DNA from: Takakia lepidozioides
Lineage: Eukaryota; Plantae; Bryophyta
NCBI GenBank assembly: GCA_030704615.1
Contig: CM060731.1
Location: 11,346,001 to 11,410,000 of the forward strand
DNA: 64,000 nucleotides
Direction of reading: 5' to 3'
Every line of letters starts with the position of its first letter. Positions within the stretch are counted from its first letter, which is position 1. The translations under genes and the position numbers were made by a program. Shown here one piece after another: positions 50,795 to 63,986 of the stretch. The notes beneath the pieces are model-generated. The model did no database searches. It was not told the origin of the DNA and saw nothing but the letters and a program-made list of their open reading frames with translations.

Positions 50795-53700
50795 CCCAAC
50801 CGGTCTGATCAGGTCGCACTAGCTTATGAAGGTAGGGCTGTAATCTCCGCGTGAGAGCCTTAGCAATAATTTTATAAGTTGAATTGAGCAAGGTGATGGG
50901 TCCATAGTTGGAAATAATATCTCTATCGCCCTTCTTGAAAATCAAGGTAATGACTCCTTGAGAAAGGTGGGAAGACATAATGCCCTTATGAATGATGTCG
51001 TTTGCCATGAGGAGAAAATCATCTCCCAAATTGCTCCAAAGGGCTTTGAAAAACTCCACAGGAAGTCCATCAAGGCCCGGCGATTTTAGAGAGGGCAGGG
51101 CTTCCATGGCATCACACAATTCATCAACCAAGAATGGAGCAGATAGAGATAAGGATTCTTCTTGGGATAAAATTTTGGGAACACAGTCCAGGACTCTATT
51201 TCTCGAGTCCACAATGTCCATAGAAATTGTGGGGCGAGCAAAAAGATTGGAGAAATAGGATGCAGCCACCGAAGCCATTGCCTTGGGGCTAGAGTGGGAT
51301 GTGTTCATACGATCTCTGAGAGAGCATATGGAAACAACCGACTGACGCTGTTTAGCCTTCTGAAAAAAATACGCCGACATTTTTTCACCCTTCAATGACC
51401 AGGACACCCCCGCTTTCCTTTTAATGTTGAGCTTTTTTAAGGCGCGGAGCTCAGCTAGTTCACGCCTGGCCTGGACTAGTGACTGGAAAGTGACAGGGCC
51501 CACCAGGGCAGAAGCATGCTACAGTGGCTCACTTTTGTCCAGTCTACTCTAATCTTACTCTTTTTTTCATCTTCAAAACAAAACAGCTTTGTTTGGAAAC
51601 CAATTTTTGGGTGATCTCAAATTGAGTTGACAACAAAAATAAATTGCAACACCTAATTTAAAGTTCTTATGAAAAAAGATATAAATGAAAGTAGACTAGT
51701 TTGGACTGGACAAAAATTTCGCAAAGTGAGCCACTGTAGCATGCTTCTGCCCACCAGGTTAGACTCAACCAACCATTGACAGTGGGCAATTGTTTTCAGA
51801 AGGACCTTCTCCTTTCTAGCCCTATCTTCCGCCATCTGTCTAGACAAGTATTGAGCTCTGGATCTGGTAGCAGCGAGCTTAGAAAGAAATTTGACTGAAG
51901 GAGAGGCGAAAGAATTGCCCGCCTCTTGCCATACCCTTCCTAGGTCCTACACCATAGGAATGGATTTAAGAAGAGAAGGGTTTAGCTCGAAGAAACCTCT
52001 ACCCCTGCGGTGGAGCCCAGGCACTTTTAACTGAACTGAGACCAGCGCATGATCGAAGTCAGGTAAGATAGGGGGAAGGGGGACTGGAGAGATCCAAGAG
52101 GAGGCTGTGGTAGAAGAATAAAACCTGTCCAGCCTGGCCATGCATAAATCAGGAGGGCGTCTATTATTAGACCAAGTGAATCTAAGAGAAGAACGCACAA
52201 AACGGAAGGAATCGGAGAGGCCAATTGAAAAGCAAAGACGATCCCAGGCTACTTGTTCCTCCGTAGATAAGGACTGAGAGGATGGCCCCAGCCTGTCAGA
52301 GAGACATTCTACCATATTGAAATCACCTCCTAGGATCCAGTTATCAACCTCCGGGTGCTTTAGAATTGATTCATGCATTGAGGCCCAGAAATCTATTCGC
52401 TCAGAAGTGGAGTTAGGAGCATATATGTTTATGAAAACTGAGGCCCCAAAAAAAGAGGAGCTAACAGTGAAAGCACATTGAGCCCTACCTGGCATCCAAA
52501 TGTCTTCTTTTGAAAAGCAATTACCTAACGAAGGCGAGACAAGGATGGCAGTACCGCCTCTAGAGTCTACTAAAGTCGGGTTCCACCATGCCAAGGTGGA
52601 GGGCCAAAATGACTGACCTAAGGAAAAAAAAATTCCTTGCGGAAAGCTTATGCTCTTGCAGGAACAAAATGCTATTAAGAGGTAAAAGAGAGGAGGCCCA
52701 ATTCCGGATTCTACTTCGTTTGGGCACAGAACCCTCGGAGCCGATTCCTCTAATGTTCCAAGAGTATAGATTCCAACTCATGTAGACTGAACTGCGAAGC
52801 CCGTGACTGATTCATGATTTGATGGTTGTAGGGGAGTAACCTCAAACGTCAGTCGAGGGTCGGTAGGAAGAAGAGAAGGCACCCATTTGTAACCCGATGG
52901 AGCCGAGACTTTCAAGGATCCCACAAACCAGATTGTAACACTGTTAGGGCACAAAGAAACGGAGATGGAGCAAGGCCGGACAATTCTCTTAAGGACTGAG
53001 CTAGATAGCAGAGAATGCATGGAGACGTTCAAAAATTTTGATATAAAAAACAATCCTTCATGCGAGGTCGCACTATCCGAGCATCTCAAGGCTGGCAGGG
53101 AAGCTGACCGAGTAACCGTATCAGCAACCAGAACGCAAGCAGAGGAGGGGGAATCTTTACAATAAATGAAAAGGGGGATGAGCAGAGGGGAGGGAATGAG
53201 CTCACCACCGAGGGGGAAGGGATGGCCATATCTAGGGGCGCCAAACAGAATGAAGTATTGTCCGAATCGGGGATCGGGACTCTGGTCAATTCGTTGGATC
53301 CTGAATTGTTATCCAAGTTGCGCGAATATTTCTGTGAGGAGCGCAGGGCCTCTACCAAGAGCTTCCCAGCTTCGTAAGTAGTAGATAAGTAGGGGCGGCT
53401 GGCCGCGTTTCCCAATTCGACTGGGACCGAACTACCAGAAATCCACTTTAGCGTTGAGTCGCCAGCCAATAGGGAAGAAACGTCAGATAGCTTGATGACT
53501 GGCAAAACTTGAACGAAGAATAGATTGCTGTTAGAGACAGATTGATGCACTCTGGAGCCAAAAAACACAACAGTTTCCGAAGTCAACTGAAAAGTGGGAA
53601 GAGAAGACGAGAAAATCTCCCTTATTTTGGCAAGAATGAGCTCCAACTCTTTTCCTTGAGAAAGGGTGAAAACGTCCTTCTTGGTGATCCAGGTAGAGGC

Positions 53701-54600
53701 GAACTTGTTGCCTCCCGAGAAGAGCACCGATGGGATCCCGTCCGGGAAGCCGTAGATAATGGGGGCTATAGTGATTGCCACCGAATGAGCCCCTGCCAGC
53801 TGAGAAGCATCAAGCACATCTGCAAAAGACTTCAAATGAAGGCAATACGTTGCCAAGCTCTGAGTCCCGTCCTTCGGGTTGAGCGGAAAGACAGCCGGAA
53901 TATCTTCCGCTGCATAAGGAGTTCCCTGGGACGGAGAAGAGAGCAGGTAAACACGAGGGCTGATAGCAGCCGGAGAAGCCACGATATCAGGCTGCGATCT
54001 TTTGGACGGAGGAGGCAGAGGTGGTGTGACATCCAATCTTTTCTTGGAAGGCCCTGCCATAGCATCCTGGGAAGCCAACTGTGCATCATTTGAGGGCTTG
54101 GGAGCCATCTGTCTGTCATGAAGCTTGGGGCAATCTGCCTTGATGTGCCCCTCTGCGTTGCAATGAAAGCAAATCACCGGAATATCGACCTCTTTGACTG
54201 CCATTGTGACGAAGGAGTTGTCCAATGTTGGCAACTTGAGTGTGGGGATGATGGAGGCCTCCACTGGCATCATGACCACAATTTGGGGAGTTCCTCCGTC
54301 TCTCTGAGCATCAAAGGATAACACTTCATTGTCAATACTTTGAGCGTCAAGATGAATCTGATCAATAACATTCATTGAGCCAATATACACCCCAAAATGA
54401 GCTCCTATCTCAGGCAGAGAATCTGAGGTAGTTTCCAGGGAGGTAAGGGAGTGCCAAGACTCTAGGTCTGCATGTGATACCACCTCTATGTCCCCAGTCG
54501 GCTGACCAAGGGAAGATGTGCACACGGCACTTGGAGAGACAAACGTTGAAGGCAAGTGCCCTGATAGCAAACTCGGGAGAGCTTCAAATTCAATATTGAA
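50795..54600 (-). mobile_element. L1/Tx1-type LINE, 5' half (ORF1 with CCHC knuckle; ORF2 APE endonuclease and RT N-terminus)
   Basis: ORF1 CFHCNAEGHIKADC. ORF2 starts at 52781: SWNIRG, LFLQEHK, NIYAPN, ILGGDFN, ARLDRFY, DHALV, KSPGLDGLPVEFF, NYGPITLLNSTYKIIAK, LVRPDQTG, where it is cut. Confidence 0.92.
51508..51750. mobile_element. 243-bp MITE inserted in L1 ORF2
   Basis: Perfect 28-bp TIR gcagaagcatgctacagtggctcacttt. Flanking direct repeat ccaccagg at 51500-51507 and 51751-51758. Removal restores the L1 frame (ESNLVGPVTF). Confidence 0.9.
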
Positions 54601-56070
54601 ATGACCATCTGAACAATTCAAATGGCCATTTCAATATTCCAGAAAACCACAAGGGAAACCTGCTCATCTCACATGATACCAACCCCAATACAATTATACA
54701 CTGAATCAGAATTGCATCCATAGTGTCTCATAAACGCTCATAAACACATGAAAACCTTGCATCCATAATGTCTATATGAGCATATTAAGATGATAACCGA
54801 ACAGACCTGCAACGACGAGTCGAGCTCTGGTAGGGGCCAGGGAAATGAGAACCCTAACCACCGTCTGTTAGGGTTTGGGGGGGCTGCCCGGGAACTCGAG
54901 AACCTTTTTGTAGGGTACTACAAATGTTTACAGGAACAGAGAACAATAGGTTAGGTTAGGAGAGACCCGGGTTGATGCCCGGGTTGATACCCGACAAAAC
55001 CCAAATACCAAACCAACACTGGATCAAACATAGTACCTCAATAAACACTTACTTCTCTTCAATAATGTCCGATCGTTGTGCAAGTCCTCCCTCAAAAAAC
55101 TTGGGTGACCACTCTGCAACAAAATAAATGGAATTGAGTACTTAGACATATTGAAGCATTATGATCCATACTTGGTCTTGAGAGTAGACGTGCTCATTGC
55201 TAGAACTTGTAACTACTCTCAACTGTTATTATATGATCGTAGGTTGAATACCACTAGACCACATCGGGCCATTTCGGCATCAAACACTCGTGTCAAAATG
55301 AAATCTGTAGACAACATTGCATACTTATCGAATGAAAAGTTCTTTGGAATCCCTCATGAGCACCCATAATCCTAACTATTGAAGTGCATGAATTGCCTTC
55401 GCAATGCGATGATCATGGAGCATTGGCCATCTTATGATCAGCTTGGCAAGCTAAGAATAGAGATTAGAGAAGAGTAGACAACCTTGGAGAGGCGGGAATT
55501 CAAATTTCCGTTGGGGGAAATTTTGAAAGAATAGCCAGATGGCTGATAGAGATAATCCAGATCATCTGGTGGGGACAACGAATTACATCTGTTCGTCATG
55601 CACTTTTGTGTTCAGGAGGATATCCCCTTTCTCAAGGGATGAGAGAGAAGTGGCCCCACCGTGAAGACGAAAGAGAGAGAGCGAGGTGCGTAGGGGTGAT
55701 GAGAGTGTGGAGTCATCCATCGGACGGATAGAGATTCACAAAATAGGCGTGGTGGCTGCAAGCATGGTGCAACGAGCAATCCTAGATGGATGCCTTTTTG
55801 TGAAGCAAAAATGGAGGGTTCTCTCAGGGACAGAAGCTGAAAATTGGGTTAATACACAGCCATCACATTCTTGGCCAAAGGCAACAGGGAGGATCGAAAT
55901 TTCCCTCATCTGTCTCCCTCATTTGAGAGACAGACAGACATTTAGGACCTGAAGTGCTTGCGCATTGAGAGGGAGGTGAAAGAAAATTGACAACTTGGGT
56001 CATCACAGGTTGAGTTGGGGCACTGATTGCTTGAGCTGGAGTGTGGTAGCCGTTCGCTGCACTACCGGAT

Positions 56071-59000
56071 ATGGCCTGCACAGTGAGCACCCACACCCTC
56101 GCATCCCGCTCTGCATCTTGTGGGCCCTCTCAAGCTTCTGTTGGGAAGGCGAAAAGGTCACCAACTGAACGGAGATTCATGCACTGCAATTCGAAGTCCT
56201 CCACCTTTTCCATCCCGTCTATACAGTATGTCATTGATTCGCTTGCCGAGGTCCCCACTTTCAGTGCGACGACATCAAGAAGTACTTGTACACCCTCAAT
56301 TCCATCCACCAGAATTTTGAACAGAGCTCGCAATTCTGCTCATGATACGAGGCGTTGCCAGAGCACATCAAACTCTGTGCGCGTGCAGTATGATGGTGTT
56401 CAATTTTATGCTTCTGATGTTTTAGCCAGGGATATGGGTCATCTAGCTTGGCTGGCTGCACCTACTAGGCCCTTTTCCAAGACAGGTGGAGCTAAAGGCG
56501 TTGGGGCAGTTCCCGGAGCTATGGCAGCTGTGGAGGGTGGAGGTGCAGGGCGATTCTACTTCAACATTACAGGATTTCCATTTCCGTTGGGTCCATTTCT
56601 GGAGCGGCGTACTGTAAGGAGAGAGGCAAGTTCATCGCAAGTTCATCATCCCCCCCCCCCCTCTCCACTATGTTCAGAACCACTTGTTCAGCCCCCACTA
56701 TACTGTGGTACTGATTGCAACGAGGCAGCTACATGTGTGACTAATTGCGGCATTGCTTGGTGTTTTTGTCCCATAGTACTACAAGAGTATGAGACTCAGA
56801 TGGGTTACGGGTGTCCACACCTTTATTTAGTGAATTGTCTTGTCTCCAAGGACAAGGATGGTGAGGTTAGCAGTGTGGGAAGGAGAGAGGATTTAAGTAC
56901 CAGAAGACTAGGGGTGCACAATTTCTAAGCAACTGCACAATTAAGTGACCCACTTTGCTCCCTTTGATTACATTGACCTTGTCTCCCTGCCAGCATGTAT
57001 TTTGATCAAATGCTTTGTGTTTACATTTTACTGTCGAATCTTGTAAGCAGACTAAGTTCATCCTGGTTCCAATTCAAGTTTCAACTCAATAGGCATGTCT
57101 TTTGCAGAGTGTAACTGTCTTTCCAATGACAATGTCTATACTTCCTTGGTGACCTTGATGTCTCCATAGTCAATTCTGGTATTCAAATGTATTACATCAC
57201 TGCAGGTGGAGAAGGGGAGGATTTGGATGCTGGAGCAAGAGCAAGCCTTGGGCTTCAGCAGTGTGACTACCAATATTCGCATGACAGTCATTAAGCTCAC
57301 GTCAGGGGGTTTATGGGTTCACGCACCTATTGCTCCTACAGATGAATGCATCCAGGTATTTCTCTGGAGTGTCCTAAATAAGCTAGAGTTGACCGTTATA
57401 GAAGAGATATGAAACTGATTTTGAGCATCTAAAGGAAATCTCAGCTGTGCAAAAGTCCACAGGATCAAGCTGCATGAAGTGTTTCATGAGCTAAGAAGCA
57501 AGATCCATAGCATGAGGACGACCTACTGACTGAAAAATGCTACTGTTGTATTAATGTCTTCAAAAACAGATTATGCTTGTGATATCGGAGCCAATCTGAG
57601 TAGCTTTTGGTTATTCCAGTCATTTTGTTGAGAGCTGAGGAAGTCAAAATTGGCGTTCTCTGACACGATTGCAAGTATCAACCACAAGATGTTTATAAAA
57701 TGATCGTCCATTGGAATTATATGGTGATGCGGAGGGTGACAGCTGCTAAATGAGTTGGAGGCCCCTGTGGAGTTCATTGTGTTGCCTACATTTGCATACG
57801 AACACAAAATATTTGTGGGACCCTTCTCACGAAAGTATCCGAGAGCCAAGGTCTGGGTTGCTCCACGCCAATGGAGCTGGCCTATAAATCTGCCGCTCCA
57901 GTTCTTTGGCATTTTCAAGGCTAAAGTACTGGAGGATGGAGGCACATCTGCCCCATGGGCTGATGAGATAGACCACAAAATTCTGACCTGTTCTGTTGGT
58001 AAGCAATTATCCTCTCTCTTTCTTTATTCTCTCCCTCTCACAGATCAGTGACGTGGGTATTTTTTCTGAAGAGAGGCAGCATCCAGTTGTTAGTGACTTC
58101 ACCAATTTCCACACAGTAGGAGAGGTTCAAGGCAATGTCAAAAGCTGCAACCCGCTTTGGGTTCTGGATTCCAACTTAAAATTGATGCCAAGATACTGAG
58201 CTGGGGGAGATCGGGAAGTTGGTAGTCTGCTTCATTAACATAGATTGGGACCATAACCGGAGCAAGCCTTCTGTGGTTGTAATGGCCAGGAATTGGACCA
58301 TATGTGGAGGTGGCTTTCTACCATAAGAAGTCCCAGACGCTGCTGGTGACAGATGCAGTGATTTATGTTCCTGAAAGGCCTCCTGAAGTGGTGGGCAAGG
58401 AGGCACTCCTATCAGCGGCAAGAAATGGGCTTGCGGTGAAACTCTTGAGTAAAGGGAAGGAGGTTCCAAATGATCCCGTTGTTGACAATGAAGCCAATCG
58501 CCAAAGAGGTGCCGTCTCATTCTGGCATCTACTTGGTGGAGTACTGATTCAGTCAAAGTTTGTCTGAAATACTTGGTGCTTCAACCATGTGTGATTGCGT
58601 GTTATGGCAATCTTGCATTTCCAATCTCTGTCCTGAACTCCATCCAAATCCTTTGTTAGTGCAATAGCATTTCCCTCATTGAGGAGTAGAGACGGCCCTG
58701 GCCTCTCTGTCTGACTGTTGGTTAGGGAGAGGGTACACACAAGCGGGTCGCACTTGGAGTCAAGGGGAGAGAGGAGTAAGGATCTGATGAAATCATCACA
58801 AGACTTTTTGAAGTAGGCTTGCATCAAGAGTTACTTTCATATTTGTGTAAGAGCAGACAATTGGAAGGTGAGTCGGCAATGGCTGCCTTTGAGCAGGTTG
58901 GTTTGTGGATTTGAAGAATGTTGCCTTGGAGGCTGTAGGGAAAATCCACTGAGAGCTGGCACCTTTCAACCAAAGAATGGTGCCGAGACCTCGCTATGTG

Positions 59001-59820
59001 AATATTATTAAGGACGTGCGCCCATTTTCACAAGAAGTAGGTTCTGTGTATAGGTAGTTTTGATAAGTGAGCGTCTCACTTGCGCATTTGCTTGTATGTC
59101 ATGGTGCAGGCTGGGAAAGAATGGTGTTACAGATTCTGTTTCTGGGCCCTTCAAACCTGCTGGAGCCCAAGAAAAGCTTTGCACAAATGTCCAAAAAACT
59201 CATTGTCTCACCTATCATTAAAACTCTTGTATTTACCAAAGTGCCTGCAGAGGTATGCTGTGGCTTTCCCCTGGAGACTTGTTTGTTGATTCCCCCACTT
59301 TCCCCCTTCTCTCTTCATGCAGCCTTTCCTTAATGTATTGCCCATCAATGTAGATTGAAGAGTCATGTTATCTAGCAGTGTTTCTACCAATTACCGTCCC
59401 CTAGCCATATCTGTTCAGGCCTTTGGCCACAAAGCTACAGCAAACTAAGTGTAGTTCACAATTCTTCTCCTCATGCTTGCGTGGTGTGTGTGAGACTGAG
59501 GGAGCACATGTGTATCACAGGTGAAGGGATGGGTGAATAGTATAGCAGCGGATTGGAGATTCAAATGCATCATTCCAGCACATTTTGCAGCACCTATTAC
59601 TGCCAATGGACGTGACTTGAAAATTGCTTTCAGTTTTCTGAATGATCTACTAAGTGAGGAGGAGAGCGAGCCCATCTTCCAATCCTCTATTGCGAGGTTT
59701 TTCAGCAAAGCATCTTCCGTGTTTCCAGCTGCTGACATGAAGACTCTTTCATCTTTGGACAACTTTCTTGTCTCTGTAGGTGCTGTAAGGAAGACTGTTT
59801 CAGGTAAAGCAAGAAGATAG
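56071..59820 (+). CDS. DUF4336-family protein with a Ser/Thr-rich putative plastid transit peptide; 6 exons
   Basis: RFYFNITGFPFPLGPFLERRTVRRE|VEKGRIWMLEQEQALGF..IRMTVIKL..GGLWVHAPIAPT, IVLPTFAYEHKIF, WSWPINLP, EVAFYHKKSQTLLVTDAV, GWERMVLQILFLGP, IIPAHFAAPI. First intron is GC-AG (GAG|GCAAGT at 56626). Confidence 0.88.
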
Positions 59821-61099
59821 GGTGCTCTCGTCAATTACATTACAGTGTAGCCTCCGTTTGCTCCTTTTATCTCTCAAAACCGCCTTACTAAGGCCCTGCA
59901 TCATTTGTAAAGTTGTGAAGGCAACCTTGCTGACAGTATTTAAGCAATGTCTGGGGTTGGCTTTAAAGGCTGTGGCTCTGTAACATGCTTCAAATTCAAT
60001 TCTTGTAGTGTATTTGAGGCCGATCCAATTTCAGGGTTGCAACCTTCTGAGAATTTCCTGTAGTTTGGTCAATCCAAATAAACTAGCTATTAGACTAGGG
60101 GAGCTAAATCTGGCTGGGCTCAACAAACTTAGAATACAGAGGCCACAGTCAGCAGAACGTGGTAGATCAAAGCTCGAGTTGCTTTTATGCCAATGTCTGA
60201 AGTGCATAGGAACATTAACAGGTGTACCCAAACCACTTACCGAGTGCACCTTTTACAGTGAAGTTGAGTGGGGGATTGGATCAACTTTTTTGGATAGGGT
60301 TCCCAGAAAAGAGGATAAGTTGTAGAACATAGATTGTGATGGAATAAACACAATAATCAGCATCAGTTGTTTTTGGAACAGGGTTTCACTTGCAACAACC
60401 AATGTGGTTCGAGAGTTCCCGATTAAGGCTTTTGTCGTCATGCAGCAGAAGAGGGCGTTAGTAAACATGCAAATAATGGGATCAGGCAATTCCTGAGTGC
60501 TGTTACCACCAACTTCGTCGAGAGAGAGACACATACGGCGGGGGTAACAATTTGTTGGACTAACCCCCACCCGACTCACATATGTACAAGAGAACCACCA
60601 TGTAAGTTGAATCGTTTTGGAAAGTGTTGAAAACTCACATAGTAATCAACGCTGCTGAGGGTGGATGCTTTCGGTCCAAGGGTTGGCGTCCCTTTCTACG
60701 TATCATACCGTTTTGGTCCAATTTTACATCTGTGTATTTGGGTGAGGATTTACTAATGACTTCAGAAGTCTGAAAATTTGATTTCTCATTGGCTCTGTGA
60801 CAAACTATTTCAATTTGTATCGTAGAATTAAACCGAGAAGAGGATGAATGAATGTGGCAGGCTTGGAGGGTGAGAGGGATATAAGCCTGGGCTGTGGATG
60901 CTGCCCACCATTTCCAATCTGGATTGTGTCCCTCAGACACACCAAAGGTTGCGCATGAAATTTGGGTAATTTGGGTTTGCGATAGAGAAAGGAAGGGAGA
61001 TTGAATCAGCCGGTTGTTGCCCACAGAAATAGAGAAAGAGAGGTCTGAGAGATAGAGAGAAGAAACGAAGTGAGAAACAGCCTTGTGGGTTGTTCTAGA

Positions 61100-63986
61100 A
61101 TGGAGTACTTGGCTGGGGAAGATTTGGGTTTCAAACAGCATGAGAAGAGCGTGCGAGGGATGGATATGCCCCCTCCAGAGCCGCATCAAACAGAGGCGGA
61201 ATTTAAGCCTATGCTCTTCATGTCGCTGCTATGGACCTCTATGAACTCGACTGCACTTATATGTACTGTGGTGGCGGCGACTCTAGCCCTTCTGCTTTCC
61301 AGTACGTCTATCTTTGTCCTATCTCTCTCATCCATATAAAGCGCAGTAAGTGCTCGAATTAGCATCATAGTATGGTAGCAAGGAATCCAGTCCTAAGATT
61401 ATTGTTCAATCAACCCTGTAAAACTCGGCTGTGCACGAGACTTGGGGCTTACGTTCAATTCCGGGTGGATGATAAAAGCAGCCGACATACTCATTAATCA
61501 AGTCCTTGCGAAATGCTGATACCCTCTTTGGATTTTGGCTGTCTCAAAGGTCTTCATAGGAACGGTAATGGAGTGGAGCTGCCAGAAGGAGTGTGCTTTT
61601 GGCAGCAAGGCAGTGTTATTCACAACATACCCGCCGGGCCCTCCACTCCCGACTGCAAATTTGAGGTAATTATATGTCGTTTGGATTGTACTTTGGGCAG
61701 GCATCACCATTCAGTGAAGGTGGTAAAGAGCCCCTGGAAAGAAAATGCGACCTGCAAGCATGCTCTGTAGATGAAACAACTGTTTTTTAATTTCTCAATT
61801 ATTTTGAGACTTTGCTTAGTCTTTACTCTTCATTGATTGGAAAGAATTAGTCAAGGAACAAGAATGTAGTCCCTCATTCTGTCTTCATTTTGTGACCACT
61901 AGCAGTATCATGCCTTTTGCCTTTCTGCAGAATCGATGTGGCAACTATTAATGGAATTCTAACACCTAATAAATGAAGACTGTTTGATTGGGAGCATCTC
62001 TATGAATGTTTGCACTGCTCTCTTCCATTTGATGTAGGTCCGGGATGCAGAATTTCTGGAGGTTCTGGGATCCTCACCAAAGCTAGAGCTGGCAGCGTCC
62101 ACTGAAGCACATGAAGGGGGTGTCTACTTCCCAGACCGTGATGAATTTTACTTTACAAGTTCCAGGGTCAGGAGGGGAGTCTTCTTCAGTGAGCAGAACA
62201 CAGAGGTAAAGACAATTTTGAATTTCACCTGTTTTTATGTGGTAATCTTGATTCAAAACTTTGTGGACGTAGGCTCATATTGTCCTGTAAACCCACCTGC
62301 AATTACAGGTAAAGAAACTGTCATTGAAAACTGGTGAGGTATCAACAGTATTCCCAGTGACTGATGTTGCCAGTGGAATGGTGCTGGACCATGAGGGAAA
62401 GCTTGTTATATGCCATCAAGGCCAGGGTGAAAAACCTGGGTCCATCCAGCGGGTTGATCTCAAGACTCTAAATTCTAGTGTTATTGCGGACAGTTGGTTT
62501 GGCATGCCTTTTAACAGCCCCAATGATGTTGTGGTTAAGAGCGACGGCTCCATTTGGTTTACTGATCCCAACTATGGTTGGTAAGGCTAACCTTCTGTTG
62601 AAGTTGAAGTTTAAAATTAGGTCGAGACTTGCTTGATGAGGACTTGATGTATGCATTTCAAATCTGCAGCATATCTTTTCCTCTGATTTTCATCTCTTCT
62701 TCGCTCACCCCCTTACCAAACCGCTGATCCTTCCAGCATTTGTTCATCTTCCCAGAGGATGTCACAACAGCCTTCTGTTTGTTGTGAGTGAATTTATAAT
62801 TATTTAGATGCCATGGTTTATGCTCTCATTGTTGTTCCACTGGTAGTCCGGATGGTTTTACTCATCAAACTTAATTTTATGTTTAGGGTGCGGGGATTTC
62901 GAGCTAAACTGAGAGTTCAGAATCAGGTTTATCGGATTAGCCCCTCAGGCAAAGTTGATGTAGTGGCAACCAGTTTCTCGCAACCAAATGGGCTTGCCTT
63001 CTCAGAGGATGAGAAGTGCCTCTTTGTTACCGACACAGGCTTCAAAACTGGGTTTGTAGGCAATATCCTTTCTTTCTTTGAAAAGTAGCAGATTTCCCCT
63101 GTTTTTTAAGCAAGGGGGGTTCAGCCAGTCATCTACTAGTTCTACAATACCTCACAACTGCACTACGGGTAAAGAACAAGCATACTGGGCAGGTGTGTGT
63201 TGTTTTCAGACATACCTTTGTATTACCAGAGCCTCTGTGACAAAGACAATCCCGGTAGGATGAGATGTAGGTCTATCCCATAGCATTTTTTGAGAGAGTT
63301 GGTTGTGAAAGTCAATCATGGCTTGGTTGTTCATACATTGACTCAGAAAGATACTGTTGTGGGAGCCGATTCAACACAGTTTTGATTCGAATTGCAGGGC
63401 TGGTGAGAAATATGATGAGACAAAGCCTCATCACATCTATGCCTTCGATGTGCTTCCGGATGGCAAGCTAGGTAGCAGGCGATTGTTTGCCTCCATTGGA
63501 TTGTATGATGGAAAATTGCCGGGTCTGGGTGTTCCGCGTGGCATTAAGGTTGACATGACAGGACGTGTTTACACTGGCTCTGGTGATGGGGTCCAAGGTA
63601 AGTTGCACTTTGCAGTTGGTTTTGGTGATTTCATTGTGCTCATGCCTGCTTGCAACTTTGTGTTTGAGTTGTGATAGCAGGAGGGGAGAGTTGTTTGAAT
63701 CTCTGTTCAGAAGGTCAAAGACAGCAAGCATGTGTCCATGGGTGGATCTTCTCTTAGATCGCGGTTTCAAAGATTTATTTCCATTGCTTGTATTGGGGCA
63801 GTGTTCAGCCGCACAGGCAAACCATTGGGATTGATACGGCTCTCAGGGGTTGTCAACATGGGCTTCGCTGGCAAGAGACTCAACAAACTCTATATGCTGA
63901 AAGATTCTGCCATTCATTTCATTGAGCTGCAGGTGAGTGGGGTTGAGGGGTTTTGCTTTTCGAAAAAATTTCTGTCGGTTTTCTGA
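61100..63986 (+). CDS. SMP-30/gluconolactonase (SGL) beta-propeller with an N-terminal hydrophobic anchor; may continue past the window
   Basis: Spliced exons give AHEGGVYFP, FNSPNDVVVKSDGSIWFTDPNYG, GFR..NQVYR, QPNGLAFSEDEKCLFVTDTG, IYAFDV, GVPRGIKVDMTGRVY, GDGVQVFS. A strong donor CAG|GTGAGT at 63933 suggests a last exon beyond 64000. Confidence 0.85.

Noticed and set aside
43690-54600. Twin-priming 5' inversion of the L1
   Set aside because: The 5' half lies downstream of, and converges on, the 3' half with another element between them; a post-insertion inversion fits better.
60635-61189. 184-aa minus-strand ORF
   Set aside because: No motif, and it is antisense to the first exon and promoter of the SGL gene.
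63063-63072. Second U12 donor (ATATCCTT) in the SGL gene
   Set aside because: Its phase is incompatible with the acceptor at 63397, and the GT at 63052 gives an in-frame GT-AG intron.
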